Shown here in pieces: positions 1 to 8,350 of a DNA stretch of 16,490 bases. The position numbers were made by a program, and so were the translations under genes. The stretch comes from an uncultured Pseudomonadota bacterium (GTDB lineage Bacteria > Oederibacteriota > Muellerivitia > Muellerivitales > Muellerivitaceae), in NCBI GenBank assembly GCA_963843375.1, contig CAWJKT010000012.1, forward strand, positions 1 to 16,490, given 5' to 3'. The notes under the pieces were generated by a model that saw only the letters and a program-made list of their open reading frames with translations, was not told where the DNA came from and made no database searches. How positions within the stretch are numbered: the first letter of the stretch is position 1; every line of letters starts with the position of its first letter.

Positions 1-292
1 AATAGATGTCCAAAAAAGGGAGGCGAGATCCATTGTTCCTCCCCTTAACCGGGATTGTGAGGCATGCGGAAAAGGGTTTGTTGAGAAGCCGAATTCAAGA
101 ATTGAATGCGCCACTTGATTCAAAAATGGCTGTTTCCTAAGAATTATCAAATAGGTTTCGAAAACCATGGAAATCAGCGCCGCAAATCGTTTGCAAAGAG
201 AGTATCCTTTCGTGGAGTTAGAACGTCTAAATAAAAGTAGCAATTGATTATCATTGATAAATGGATGGGTAAATACCCAAGGATGGTGTTAC

Positions 293-1612
293 ATGAAGAA
301 AATGATATGGCTATTGGCGATCCTATTATGTCTTCCGACCGGGGCAATTTTGGCCCGTGATTCGGGATCGGGCGGTGGAGGCGATCGGGGTGGGGGAGAC
401 GGCGGATGGAGCGGCGGTGGTGATGATCGCGGGGGTGAGGGTTCCGGCGGTTCAAACGCTGGTTCCGGGGACTTTTCTGACCACTCCTCAAACAATCATG
501 ACCGTGCTTATTCCAATTCCTCCGGTTTCAATGGAGGGAGTTTCCGTTCGGGGGGCAATGGTTATTACCGGCGGGGCAGCTACGGTTCGGCTGGATACGG
601 GGCGGTCCATCATTTCAACCATTCCTATGGCGGGTCTAACTTTCGTTCTAACTCCACAGGCCTCCATCATTTCAATTCTTCTACGAGAGCTTCCACCCAT
701 TCCTTCGCTTCGGGTTCCCCAAGGCCTTTGAGTAAAGGGTCTTTGCTGCCCCACTCCCTTCAGCACTCGGCGGTCAAGCTTCCCAGCACAGGGCCTTCGG
801 GCAAGGCTTTTTCAGCTTCCATGGTTTCCCCCAGCCGGATGAATTCATCACTGGTTACAAGTCACATGGCCTCCCTTTCCCGCGATACGGCTTTCTCAGG
901 CCGGATCGCGTCTCTGAATCGTTCGGATGTCCTTCGGAATAATTACTATTGGCATCAATGGGGCGGCGGGAACTATTGCCACTATTTTGATCGCTGGGGA
1001 GGCAACTGGTTCGGCTGGTGGTGGGGCGGATCTTTCCTTTGGACCCAATGGTATGGCGATTATTGGTGGTGGTACGATCCATGGAATGCTCGCTGGTGCT
1101 ATTGGTGGGGCGACGGATGGTGGTGGCAAGATCCTTGGACCACGACGGCTTACGTTTATGAAAATGGAAACTACGTGCCCGGGGACCAGGGCTATTCGAA
1201 CGGCGGCGGGGACGGTTATAACCAACCGCCGAGCGGCAATGGAGCGGTACAGCCTAATGGGGAGAACCCCGGCGGAAATATGACCGAATCACCCGGTGAT
1301 GGAAATAATCCAAACGTTCCAAAAGAATCGGTTGAATTCCCAAGCCAGGACAAAACACGCACCGTCAAGGTGGTTGGAGAATCGGGTGACGCCTTTCTGT
1401 ACGATTCGGCGAAAAACTCCTTTAAGCCTCTCTTCTTGGAAACCGATGTCAAGGACGTGAAGTTTTCCAAGGATAGCAAAGGGGCTTTGGAAATCCGATT
1501 AATTCTGAGCGACGGGTCTCATGAGACTTTCGACGCCCAGGGCAACCAAATCAAGGAAACGGTTCCCTCGAAGACTGGACAATCGGTGGATGTGGAAGGG
1601 GACAACACCTAA
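293..1612 (+). CDS. Secreted hypothetical protein: signal peptide, Gly/Ser/His-rich low-complexity region, Trp-rich repeat domain, C-terminal small beta domain
   Basis: ORF 254..1612. The ATG at 293 gives MKKMIWLLAILLCLPTGAILA (Sec signal-like) after a GGATGGTG SD-like site. 20 Trp in 63 aa at 950-1138. Confidence 0.85.
   Translation: MKKMIWLLAILLCLPTGAILARDSGSGGGGDRGGGDGGWSGGGDDRGGEGSGGSNAGSGDFSDHSSNNHDRAYSNSSGFNGGSFRSGGNGYYRRGSYGSAGYGAVHHFNHSYGGSNFRSNSTGLHHFNSSTRASTHSFASGSPRPLSKGSLLPHSLQHSAVKLPSTGPSGKAFSASMVSPSRMNSSLVTSHMASLSRDTAFSGRIASLNRSDVLRNNYYWHQWGGGNYCHYFDRWGGNWFGWWWGGSFLWTQWYGDYWWWYDPWNARWCYWWGDGWWWQDPWTTTAYVYENGNYVPGDQGYSNGGGDGYNQPPSGNGAVQPNGENPGGNMTESPGDGNNPNVPKESVEFPSQDKTRTVKVVGESGDAFLYDSAKNSFKPLFLETDVKDVKFSKDSKGALEIRLILSDGSHETFDAQGNQIKETVPSKTGQSVDVEGDNT
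606..675 (+). repeat. 13-bp direct repeat TCCATCATTTCAA (606-618, 663-675) encoding HHFN twice
   Basis: Exact in-frame duplication with 57-nt period (VHHFNHS / LHHFNSS). Confidence 0.7.
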
Positions 1613-1660
1613 CGGGGTTCGAAAAAAGAATATTCGGTATTTGTCAATCGTCAACTAGGG

Positions 1661-1698
1661 AAACCCCTGGAGTATTAACTCCGGGGGTTTTTTGTTTT
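1661..1698 (+). terminator. Rho-independent terminator
   Basis: AAACCCCTGGAGT-atta-ACTCCGGGGGTTT stem followed by TTTGTTTT, about 50 nt after the stop at 1612. Confidence 0.88.
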
Positions 1699-1971
1699 AA
1701 ATCTTCTGAAGTAGTTGTAGTTCCATTTAGTTCACGATAAACCGATACTCCCTTTGAGTTTTTTCCATTCAAATGAAGATGGAAACCAACAAGATTTTCA
1801 TCGATCGGATAAGTAAGAACTTTTGTTCAAAGAATTGGCCACGTGAAAGGTTTTTCCGAATCTTGAGACGCTTTGGTCCCTTTGCCGGGGGCCAATCCAG
1901 GCAAGCCGGCGCTTCCCAAAATTAAATTTCAAAAACTCGTTCCATCCATTTATTTAACCAGCAAAGTAGCC

Positions 1972-2000
1972 TTGAAACTTTCTGCGGAGGGGAGTAGGTT
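1972..2000 (+). promoter_or_regulatory. Possible sigma70 promoter (TTGAAA-17-TAGGTT)
   Basis: TTGAAA 1972-1977, 17-nt spacer, TAGGTT 1995-2000. The predicted start falls about at ATG 2007. A GGAGGGGAG SD-like run lies in the spacer. Confidence 0.35.
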
Positions 2001-2006
2001 AAAAAC

Positions 2007-2363
2007 ATGTTCAGGATCAAGAGGCTTCGCCAAAACTTGTTGATGTTTTTATTGGTTTCCATGTTGGTGCCCATGGTGGGCCGGCAGTTGGTCTATTTGC
2101 TGGGCCCCGCCAATCCTTTTTGCGCGGATTCAAAAGGTTCCATCGACCGTAACAGTCACCTCTCATTTGGAAAAGTTTTACGTGGGTTTAATTGCCTGAC
2201 ACAGGAAGTCAGGGAAAAAACCGAGAAGCTCAAATCCGACATTTGTAAGACCTCAAAATTCCCGGAAACCGTTCCCTTTTCAAGGATGACGGTGATGGCG
2301 GCCGTCGCCGCTTTTGGGAAAGTGGGTGTTTTCTCCGCTGGTCCTATACCTCTCAGAATCTGA
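2007..2363 (+). CDS. Hypothetical protein with N-terminal hydrophobic helix (signal/anchor), C-terminus ...SAGPIPLRI
   Basis: 118-aa ORF with a basic N-terminus, hydrophobic stretch LLMFLLVSMLVPMV and purine-rich upstream sequence. Confidence 0.55.
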   Translation: MFRIKRLRQNLLMFLLVSMLVPMVGRQLVYLLGPANPFCADSKGSIDRNSHLSFGKVLRGFNCLTQEVREKTEKLKSDICKTSKFPETVPFSRMTVMAAVAAFGKVGVFSAGPIPLRI

Positions 2364-2477
2364 AATTTACCTAAAAAATTAAATCATCCACTTTTGGATG
2401 ATGGCTTTCGCGCGTTCAAATTCTTTGAATTTCATTTTTACATTCATTTATTTTCCCCTGGGGGGGAAGGAGACAAA

Positions 2478-2747
2478 ATGTCCAAAAAAATCACGCTTCA
2501 AAACCAGCCGGGGCTTCCGCCCTGGGCTTTGACCGACTTGCTTAGGATTGCGAGGAAATTTCAATGTCACATCAAGCTTCACGACGATGAAATTACAATT
2601 GATGGGAAAAAGCTGCTGGAAGTCGTTTCCTTGATTCGTCCTGATTTGTCTCGGCTGATTGTCAGCCTGAAAGGAAGCGACGAGAAAGAGGCTTTGGAGT
2701 CGATCCTGAAATCCAACATGGGCCGGTTCATCACCCAAAGAAACTAA
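2478..2747 (+). CDS. HPr-fold protein, degenerate (no His15 or Ser46 equivalents)
   Basis: AAGGAG SD then ATG 2478. The pattern ITLQNQPGL...ARKFQCHIKL...IDGKKLLEVVSL...LKGSDEKEALESI matches the HPr layout, but GLHARPA is GLPPWAL and AKSI is GKKL. Confidence 0.75.
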   Translation: MSKKITLQNQPGLPPWALTDLLRIARKFQCHIKLHDDEITIDGKKLLEVVSLIRPDLSRLIVSLKGSDEKEALESILKSNMGRFITQRN

Positions 2748-2788
2748 GGGAGAGCTTTTCGTTGCCCGGCTTTAAACAGAGGTGTTTT

Positions 2789-2971
2789 ATGAATTGTGAA
2801 CAAGTCGCAAAAAAATACAAGGACTATCTGCTTGGGAAACTGCAAGCTCGCGAGAGGGAATCCATCTCGGAACATATCCTGGATTGTCCCGATTGTTTCC
2901 TGCTGGATCAAAAAGAAAACGGGCTTCACTTTGAGGAGCATCCAAGGAGCAAAGCAAACCCTAAAAGTTGA
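2789..2971 (+). CDS. Stand-alone zf-HC2 (ZAS anti-sigma-type) zinc-finger protein
   Basis: GAGGTG SD then ATG 2789. MNCEQV...DYLLGKL...EHILDCPDC gives an N-terminal Cys plus the HxxxCxxC motif. 60 aa, no TM helix. Confidence 0.8.
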   Translation: MNCEQVAKKYKDYLLGKLQARERESISEHILDCPDCFLLDQKENGLHFEEHPRSKANPKS

Positions 2972-3021
2972 GGCCTTCATGAAGACTCTTTATTAAGACC
3001 GAAAAAACAAGGGAGGAAAAA

Positions 3022-3678
3022 ATGAATTTTTATTTCACGATTTATCAAATGATCGAAACTTCCGGACGTTTGGAGGGCGATGTGAAGGTTTTGGCGACTC
3101 ACGCGCTTAGTACCAGCCCACGAGATGGACAAGCCAACCGGGCCCTTTTAGAACAGTGTGGTGACAGACTTCAGGAAGTCAATGTACTTCTAAATACCAA
3201 ATCCCATATCAGCAGGGTCCAACTTCGCAGGACGGCCATCCTATTCCAGATGATGGAAACCGCTCACCGGCGGGTCCTTCACCTAGCGGGGGCTGAGGTG
3301 CCGGACGACGAAACCTCCGTGAACGACATCTGGGGGCTTTTGTTCCAAGCCAAAAAAGATTACCGGGATCTTCGGACTGGTTTAGGCGAAAGGATGGGTA
3401 CTCCGCTTTACCTTGAACTGCCCGAAGAGGAGACGAATGGGGCTTTCAGGGAAATTCTCCTAAAGGAATCGGTTTTTCTGGAAGAAATGCTGAAGTTGGC
3501 TGAAAAGGCCATCGAAGTTTTTGGCGAGGAAAGGGAACTGGCCGACCAGTTGATATTGGTGCGAAAAAATTTGCTGGAGGCGAGAAAAAATGTGAAGCGG
3601 CTTCTTATAAAAAATTGCATTGAAAAGGAACCGGCCCTCCTGGCCCCAAGAGGGATCTCGCCACTGGATAGGAAATAA
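3022..3678 (+). CDS. Hypothetical all-helical cytoplasmic protein
   Basis: 218-aa ORF with GGGAGG SD and amphipathic E/K/L-rich helices. Its stop abuts the HPr ATG (TAAATG). Confidence 0.75.
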   Translation: MNFYFTIYQMIETSGRLEGDVKVLATHALSTSPRDGQANRALLEQCGDRLQEVNVLLNTKSHISRVQLRRTAILFQMMETAHRRVLHLAGAEVPDDETSVNDIWGLLFQAKKDYRDLRTGLGERMGTPLYLELPEEETNGAFREILLKESVFLEEMLKLAEKAIEVFGEERELADQLILVRKNLLEARKNVKRLLIKNCIEKEPALLAPRGISPLDRK

Positions 3679-3945
3679 ATGGTCATCGGCGAAAAAATCA
3701 TTGTTCCTGCCGCCTTGGGCCTTCATTTGAGATCAGCTGCCAAACTGGTCCTTTTGATGAGCCGGTATCAATGCGAGGTAACCGTCCGGAATGATCATCG
3801 AAGCGCAAACGCCAAGAGCATCATCGGTTTGATCTCGCTTGGGGCGGCCGCGGGAATGGAATTGTTTTTCAACTTCCAAGGCGACGACGCCGAAGAGGCT
3901 TCTCTTGTGGTCCGGGAGTTTTTTCAAAAGAGTTCCGACGAATAG
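3679..3945 (+). CDS. ptsH: HPr family phosphocarrier protein
   Basis: GLHLRSAA (His15 motif), NAKSIIGLISLG (Ser46 motif) and GDDAEEA. 88 aa. Confidence 0.9.
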   Translation: MVIGEKIIVPAALGLHLRSAAKLVLLMSRYQCEVTVRNDHRSANAKSIIGLISLGAAAGMELFFNFQGDDAEEASLVVREFFQKSSDE

Positions 3946-3978
3946 AGGAGACCCAGTTCATCCGTTCGGAGGTGTTTC

Positions 3979-4236
3979 ATGAGGCCTTTCGGAAGTCAAA
4001 AAGAATTGGAACTTCGCCGTCTTCGGGCGATAAGCATGGCACTGAAGGGAATTAAGATGATCGCGATTGCCCGCGATTTGGGAGTGGACCAAAGAAGTGT
4101 TCGGCGGTGGAAAGCAGCCTACCGGAAGGAAGGGGTGAGGGGTTTGGAGGCCAAACCCGCTGCTTGTGGGCCTATGAAATGGCGAGGGAAGAAAATACCA
4201 GGAGGACTTCCCGCACGGAAAGGAGAAAATATATGA
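3979..4236 (+). CDS. Helix-turn-helix protein resembling the N-terminus of IS630-family transposases (no DDE domain)
   Basis: MRPFGSQKELELRRLRA...IARDLGVDQRSVRRWKAAYRKEGVRGLEAKP fits the IS630 N-terminal HTH pattern. GGAGGTG SD. Ends by ATGA overlap with the next gene. Confidence 0.7.
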   Translation: MRPFGSQKELELRRLRAISMALKGIKMIAIARDLGVDQRSVRRWKAAYRKEGVRGLEAKPAACGPMKWRGKKIPGGLPARKGENI

Positions 4237-4979
4237 TGAAAAAAATTCAGTTACTTTCGGTTTTGGCGGTCACTTTTTATGGGTTTGCATCGATGGTGTT
4301 TTGCGAAACTTCAACGCCAATGTACACCCCCACCCCGGAGGGCTTAAGGAATAGCGGGTGGAATATGCCATTGTCCCAATTCAGGGCTCTGAAAAAATCC
4401 AAGGTGACCTTTTGGGTCGATCCAATGGAAGCCCGGGTTTTGGATTATCTTTTGATGGGTTCCCACGAAGTGGACAAGGATGACCCGGCGCGCTTTCCGG
4501 GGGTTTCGGTGCAAATTCCGGAAAAGGACTCGGCCATTTACGTTTTCTACCGCGGAAATCTCTGTATGGATGCGAGAGAACTAACTTTGGCCGACCTGGA
4601 GGGCGAGAGGGGGAAGCTGCGGTTCCAATATGGATCGCCGAAAGAGGAATTTCATTCTATTGGCCCGGATTTCAGCGATTCTTACGGGAAGATCAGAACG
4701 TTCTATCATTTTGAGGCTTATGACGAAAACCCCAATACCATTGTGGATCTGGTCCGGGTCACGGGTTATTACGAAAACCAACTCTATTACGACAGGAGTT
4801 ACGATATGGTTGCTTCCAGCATGGGGGAGTTGATGAAGGTTTATTTAATCCGCTTTTCAAAAAGTTACCTTCAAGAGGATAACGCTTATAGCGACTGGTT
4901 AGCGGATAAGAAAAATCCGCCCGCAACAGAAACTCCAGTGGATTATTTCCAAAGCCTCAAACGTAGTATTGAACGTTGA
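4233..4979 (+). CDS. Secreted/periplasmic hypothetical protein
   Basis: AAGGAG SD at 4220-4225 and ATG 4233 (MMKKIQLLSVLAVTFYGFASMVFC, signal-like). Short T/P-rich segments at both ends. Confidence 0.8.
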   Translation: MMKKIQLLSVLAVTFYGFASMVFCETSTPMYTPTPEGLRNSGWNMPLSQFRALKKSKVTFWVDPMEARVLDYLLMGSHEVDKDDPARFPGVSVQIPEKDSAIYVFYRGNLCMDARELTLADLEGERGKLRFQYGSPKEEFHSIGPDFSDSYGKIRTFYHFEAYDENPNTIVDLVRVTGYYENQLYYDRSYDMVASSMGELMKVYLIRFSKSYLQEDNAYSDWLADKKNPPATETPVDYFQSLKRSIER

Positions 4980-5252
4980 TGGAGAGCGGGGCTCTTAGCG
5001 GGATGTTGAAAAAGTCTGTTTTCCATACTTTTTCTCGTTATTAAACAATACATGGATTAAAAAAATTAAATGTCTCGTTCCATCCCGCAGCTGTCGAACA
5101 GGTGATGAGAAGGTAATTTTTATCGCCCGGTTATGTTTTCCACGGAATTAACTTGCCCTATTTACTGTGCAGAAGCATGGTAGGTCCAAGAATTGGCCTT
5201 GCAGCCTATTCCAGGTCCAATTCTTAACATCATGAATTTTTAGGAGGACACC

Positions 5253-6623
5253 ATGGGGAACCAAGACAGTCGACAGCTCGACCAGCCGGTATTCGCCCAG
5301 CCTGAACCAACCGAAGACCCGACGACTTTTCGGGTGAAGCATGCGTCCGACGCGGCGGCTTACAAAACCATCGATCAATTGAACGCCCAACACAAAATCA
5401 ATCCCACGCCCTTTCCCGCGCCGCGAACCACCAATGAAAGCCCCGACGAACCCATCCTCACTTTGGCGGACGTGCTGGGCGGCAACAGCTTGATGATCAA
5501 CAAGATCACCGCCCAAGACCAAATCGTGTTCCATGCTACGGGCGATTGCGGCAGTACGGTGGGACCCAAGACCGAAAGCGAGGTCGCGGACAAGATGGTG
5601 GCGGATTTCCAGGAAACTGACCCCGCTCAGGTCCCGCAGTTTAATTTTCTCTTAGGGGACGTCGTCTACAGCTTCGGGGAAGCCCAGTATTATTATGACC
5701 AATTTTACGAACCCTACCGGGAATATCCGGCCCCCATTCTTGCGGCGGCGGGGAACCATGACGGCATGGTGGCCCCCCAAACGGGCGTGGAAAGCCTTGC
5801 CGCCTTCTTGCGGAATTTTTGTTCGGAAAATTTCGTCATTACACCCGAAGCAGGAGGCCTTTCCCGCACCGCTCAAATCCAGCCCGGAGTCTTCTTTACA
5901 TTTGACGCCCCCTTCGTGCGCATCCTGGCGATCTACAGCAACACCCTGGAGGACCCCGGGGTCATTGCCGATGGAGGACCCTATAGCGGCTTAGGAACCT
6001 CTCAATTGGATTTTCTGACCGCCGCCCTCAGCCGAGCGAAAAGCGAAAAGTACCAGGGAGCGTTGTTGATCGCTTCCCACCATCCCTCCTATACCATCGC
6101 CAAACACGGATGGAGCACCCTCATGACATCGCAAATCGACGCCATCTGTAACAAGGTTGGGCTATGGCCCCACGCTTTCCTAGCGGGCCATGCTCATAAT
6201 TATCAGCGATTTACCCGTACCCGTTCGAACAACACCGAAATTCCCTACATCGTCTGTGGAAATGGTGGACATGGGCTTCAACGCTTGTCCAAGGTAGGAA
6301 CTCCTCTTCGCACCCCACAAGTTATACAGAACGCTTCGGGCTCCAATGACCAAGTGGTTTTCGAGAATTATGACGACGGCGATTACGGCTATTTACGGGT
6401 CATCGTGACAGAGAGCCAATTGCGCATTGAGTATCACCCGGCAAGTGACGGAGAAGCCGCGAAGACCCCGGATGATTCTGTAACGGTTGATCTCCAAAAG
6501 CGGATCCTCACCCAATACACCGCTCCGGATCTCGGCCGACCACAGGTCGCCCAAGCAATCCGGGCCTTCCGGAACCAGACCAAACCCTCAAGGTCGGTGG
6601 GTAAGAGGAGAAAAAGGAAATAA
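5253..6623 (+). CDS. Metallophosphoesterase (calcineurin-like, purple acid phosphatase-type motifs)
   Basis: AGGAGG SD. Motifs GDCG, GDVVY, GNHD, SHHP and GHAH in canonical order. No obvious signal peptide. Basic tail KRRKRK. Confidence 0.92.
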   Translation: MGNQDSRQLDQPVFAQPEPTEDPTTFRVKHASDAAAYKTIDQLNAQHKINPTPFPAPRTTNESPDEPILTLADVLGGNSLMINKITAQDQIVFHATGDCGSTVGPKTESEVADKMVADFQETDPAQVPQFNFLLGDVVYSFGEAQYYYDQFYEPYREYPAPILAAAGNHDGMVAPQTGVESLAAFLRNFCSENFVITPEAGGLSRTAQIQPGVFFTFDAPFVRILAIYSNTLEDPGVIADGGPYSGLGTSQLDFLTAALSRAKSEKYQGALLIASHHPSYTIAKHGWSTLMTSQIDAICNKVGLWPHAFLAGHAHNYQRFTRTRSNNTEIPYIVCGNGGHGLQRLSKVGTPLRTPQVIQNASGSNDQVVFENYDDGDYGYLRVIVTESQLRIEYHPASDGEAAKTPDDSVTVDLQKRILTQYTAPDLGRPQVAQAIRAFRNQTKPSRSVGKRRKRK

Positions 6624-7058
6624 CAAAAACACTAACTTTACCTGTGCCGGCCCCGTAGATTAAATGGCTTTGGTTCCAGGCGGACTGGCTTTTTAGAGAG
6701 GGGAGCGTCAATATGGCCCGTTTCAATCTTTTCCTCCGCATTATCCAAGCCCGGCGGACGCCCCTTCGTCAACCCATACAGGCTGGTTCATGTGGTTTGG
6801 GATCTTTCTGGTTTTATCCGAGAATTTGGCCCCTTCGACAAAAGGCCTGACAATCCAGCCCCTCCGGACCCTGGTTTCCGTGGTGGCAAAGCTCTTGCCA
6901 GCCCGCAATGAGCTTTTCGAACCCCTTTAAGAGTCTCCAGCCAATACCCAGTTTTTGGCAAATGGTCTAAAATAATGCCTGGATTCCAGCCTGAAATTGG
7001 GAGTTATCCATTTAGGCCCTTTTGAGAGTAATAAAAGCCCTTTCCTCAATTAAAAAAT

Positions 7059-7088
7059 GGAATAAAGTGCTTATTCAAAAGGCTAATC
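7059..7088 (+). promoter_or_regulatory. Candidate ECF-type autoregulatory promoter (GGAATAAA-14-GGCTAATC)
   Basis: GGAAT -35-like box right before the sigma RBS. The same TGGAATAAA recurs at 11262-11270. Confidence 0.35.
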
Positions 7089-7101
7089 TCTAGGAGGATG
7101 T

Positions 7102-7665
7102 TTGGAAGACCGGGAGTTGGTTGAAAAAATACTCCAGGGGGACGAGGGGGCCAAGGCTCAATTCTATACCCAATACCGGGAACGCCTTTACAAGGATTGC
7201 GTTTTTCTGTTGGGCTACCGAGACCCGGAAGCTGAAGATTTGGTGCAGGAAGCCTTCCTGATCGCCTTTAAAAAACTTCCTTCTTTCGAATTTCGCTCTT
7301 CGCTGGGCACCTGGCTGACGCAGATTGGAATTTACCTTTGCTACAACCGCTACCGCAACCGGGCCCGGATGGTGTTGAAGGAAGAAGAAAACCTGGAAGG
7401 CCTTTTGAGAACGAAAGCCATGCAAGGAGAAATCCAAAAATCCCGGGAGGAGGACAAACAACTCAAGCTGCGGCTAATTGACCGGGGTCTGGAGAAGATA
7501 GGGCCCGAATGCCGGGAGATTGTAGTTTTAAGGGATAAAGAGGAAAAAACTTATATTGAAATCGGGAAGGCGCTGAAAATCCCCCTGGGTACGGTGATGT
7601 CCAGGCTGTCGCGTTGCAAAAAGGCACTGAAAGTTTTGATCGAACAAATGCTTCGAGAGGGATGA
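7102..7665 (+). CDS. ECF (sigma-70 group 4) RNA polymerase sigma factor
   Basis: AGGAGG SD and TTG start. Region 2 AEDLVQEAF...FEFRSSLGTWL and region 4 TYIEIGKALKIPLGTVMSRLSR. 187 aa. Confidence 0.95.
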   Translation: MEDRELVEKILQGDEGAKAQFYTQYRERLYKDCVFLLGYRDPEAEDLVQEAFLIAFKKLPSFEFRSSLGTWLTQIGIYLCYNRYRNRARMVLKEEENLEGLLRTKAMQGEIQKSREEDKQLKLRLIDRGLEKIGPECREIVVLRDKEEKTYIEIGKALKIPLGTVMSRLSRCKKALKVLIEQMLREG

Positions 7666-7666
7666 G

Positions 7667-8350
7667 ATGGCGGATTTGATAACTGAATTTTTCGAACGGG
7701 AGTTGACTGAAACGGAAGCCGACTCCCTGGGCGACCTCTTGAGGGAATCGCCTGACGAAACCCTTCGCTTCGAAGGCCTGCTGGAAGGCCATTACCTTGC
7801 GACGGGGTTGCCGTCCCCCCAATTGCCCGCCTCGCTCCTCAAGCTTCCCCCTTCCCCAGGGGGATGGGGTGGCGCGGGTGGTTTGAAGCTTTTGTTCCTT
7901 TTGGGCGCGGCCGGGTTGGGTTTGCTTGCATGGAAATTCCGCCCCATAACTTCTTTCTTTCAACCTGCCGCTATTCCGGCCTCCGCGACTCTTTCCCAGT
8001 CACCGGTCTTTTCAACGGCTCCTAAGCCGGTCAATACCTTACCCCAGCCAGCCAATGCGGCTAAATCTGAACCGGTTCAACCGCAGGAAGCGGGCCCTGT
8101 AGCGGAGGGGGAAGAATTAAGCGTGGAAGTTGGAACCCAAGAAAAAACCCTTATAACCGTGCGGGTACTCAATCACGAGGGCAAGGAAATCTGCGATATT
8201 TATACCGGTTTCGTCCAACCAGGCCAATGGTCCTTCCGGTGGAATGGCAACCTTGCCGATGGCATGCCGGCTCCGGCGGGGGCCTATCAAATTGACGTTC
8301 AGGCGGGCGCCCTGCATCAAAGCAAAGACATCCAAATCAAGCCGAATTGA
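7667..8350 (+). CDS. Putative membrane anti-sigma factor with C-terminal FlgD-Ig / T9SS-CTD-like domain
   Basis: Starts 1 nt after the sigma stop. Short acidic helical N-domain, single TM (LLFLLGAAGLGLLAW, about 7889-7933), Pro-rich linker, then VRVLNHEGKEI...PGQWSFRWNG...GMPAPAGAYQIDV. Confidence 0.8.
   Translation: MADLITEFFERELTETEADSLGDLLRESPDETLRFEGLLEGHYLATGLPSPQLPASLLKLPPSPGGWGGAGGLKLLFLLGAAGLGLLAWKFRPITSFFQPAAIPASATLSQSPVFSTAPKPVNTLPQPANAAKSEPVQPQEAGPVAEGEELSVEVGTQEKTLITVRVLNHEGKEICDIYTGFVQPGQWSFRWNGNLADGMPAPAGAYQIDVQAGALHQSKDIQIKPN

Noticed and set aside
174..1479. Overlapping alternative-frame and minus-strand ORFs across gene 1 (and similar ones within other large genes)
   Set aside because: They lie within well-supported + strand genes and have no motifs or RBS; expected by-products of GC-rich codons.
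1986..1998. GGGGAGTAG as a yybP-ykoY riboswitch start
   Set aside because: The remaining motif elements are absent and it sits immediately before an ATG.
2979..2996. Mini-ORF MKTLY after GAGG
   Set aside because: Too short to support and no attenuator structure nearby.
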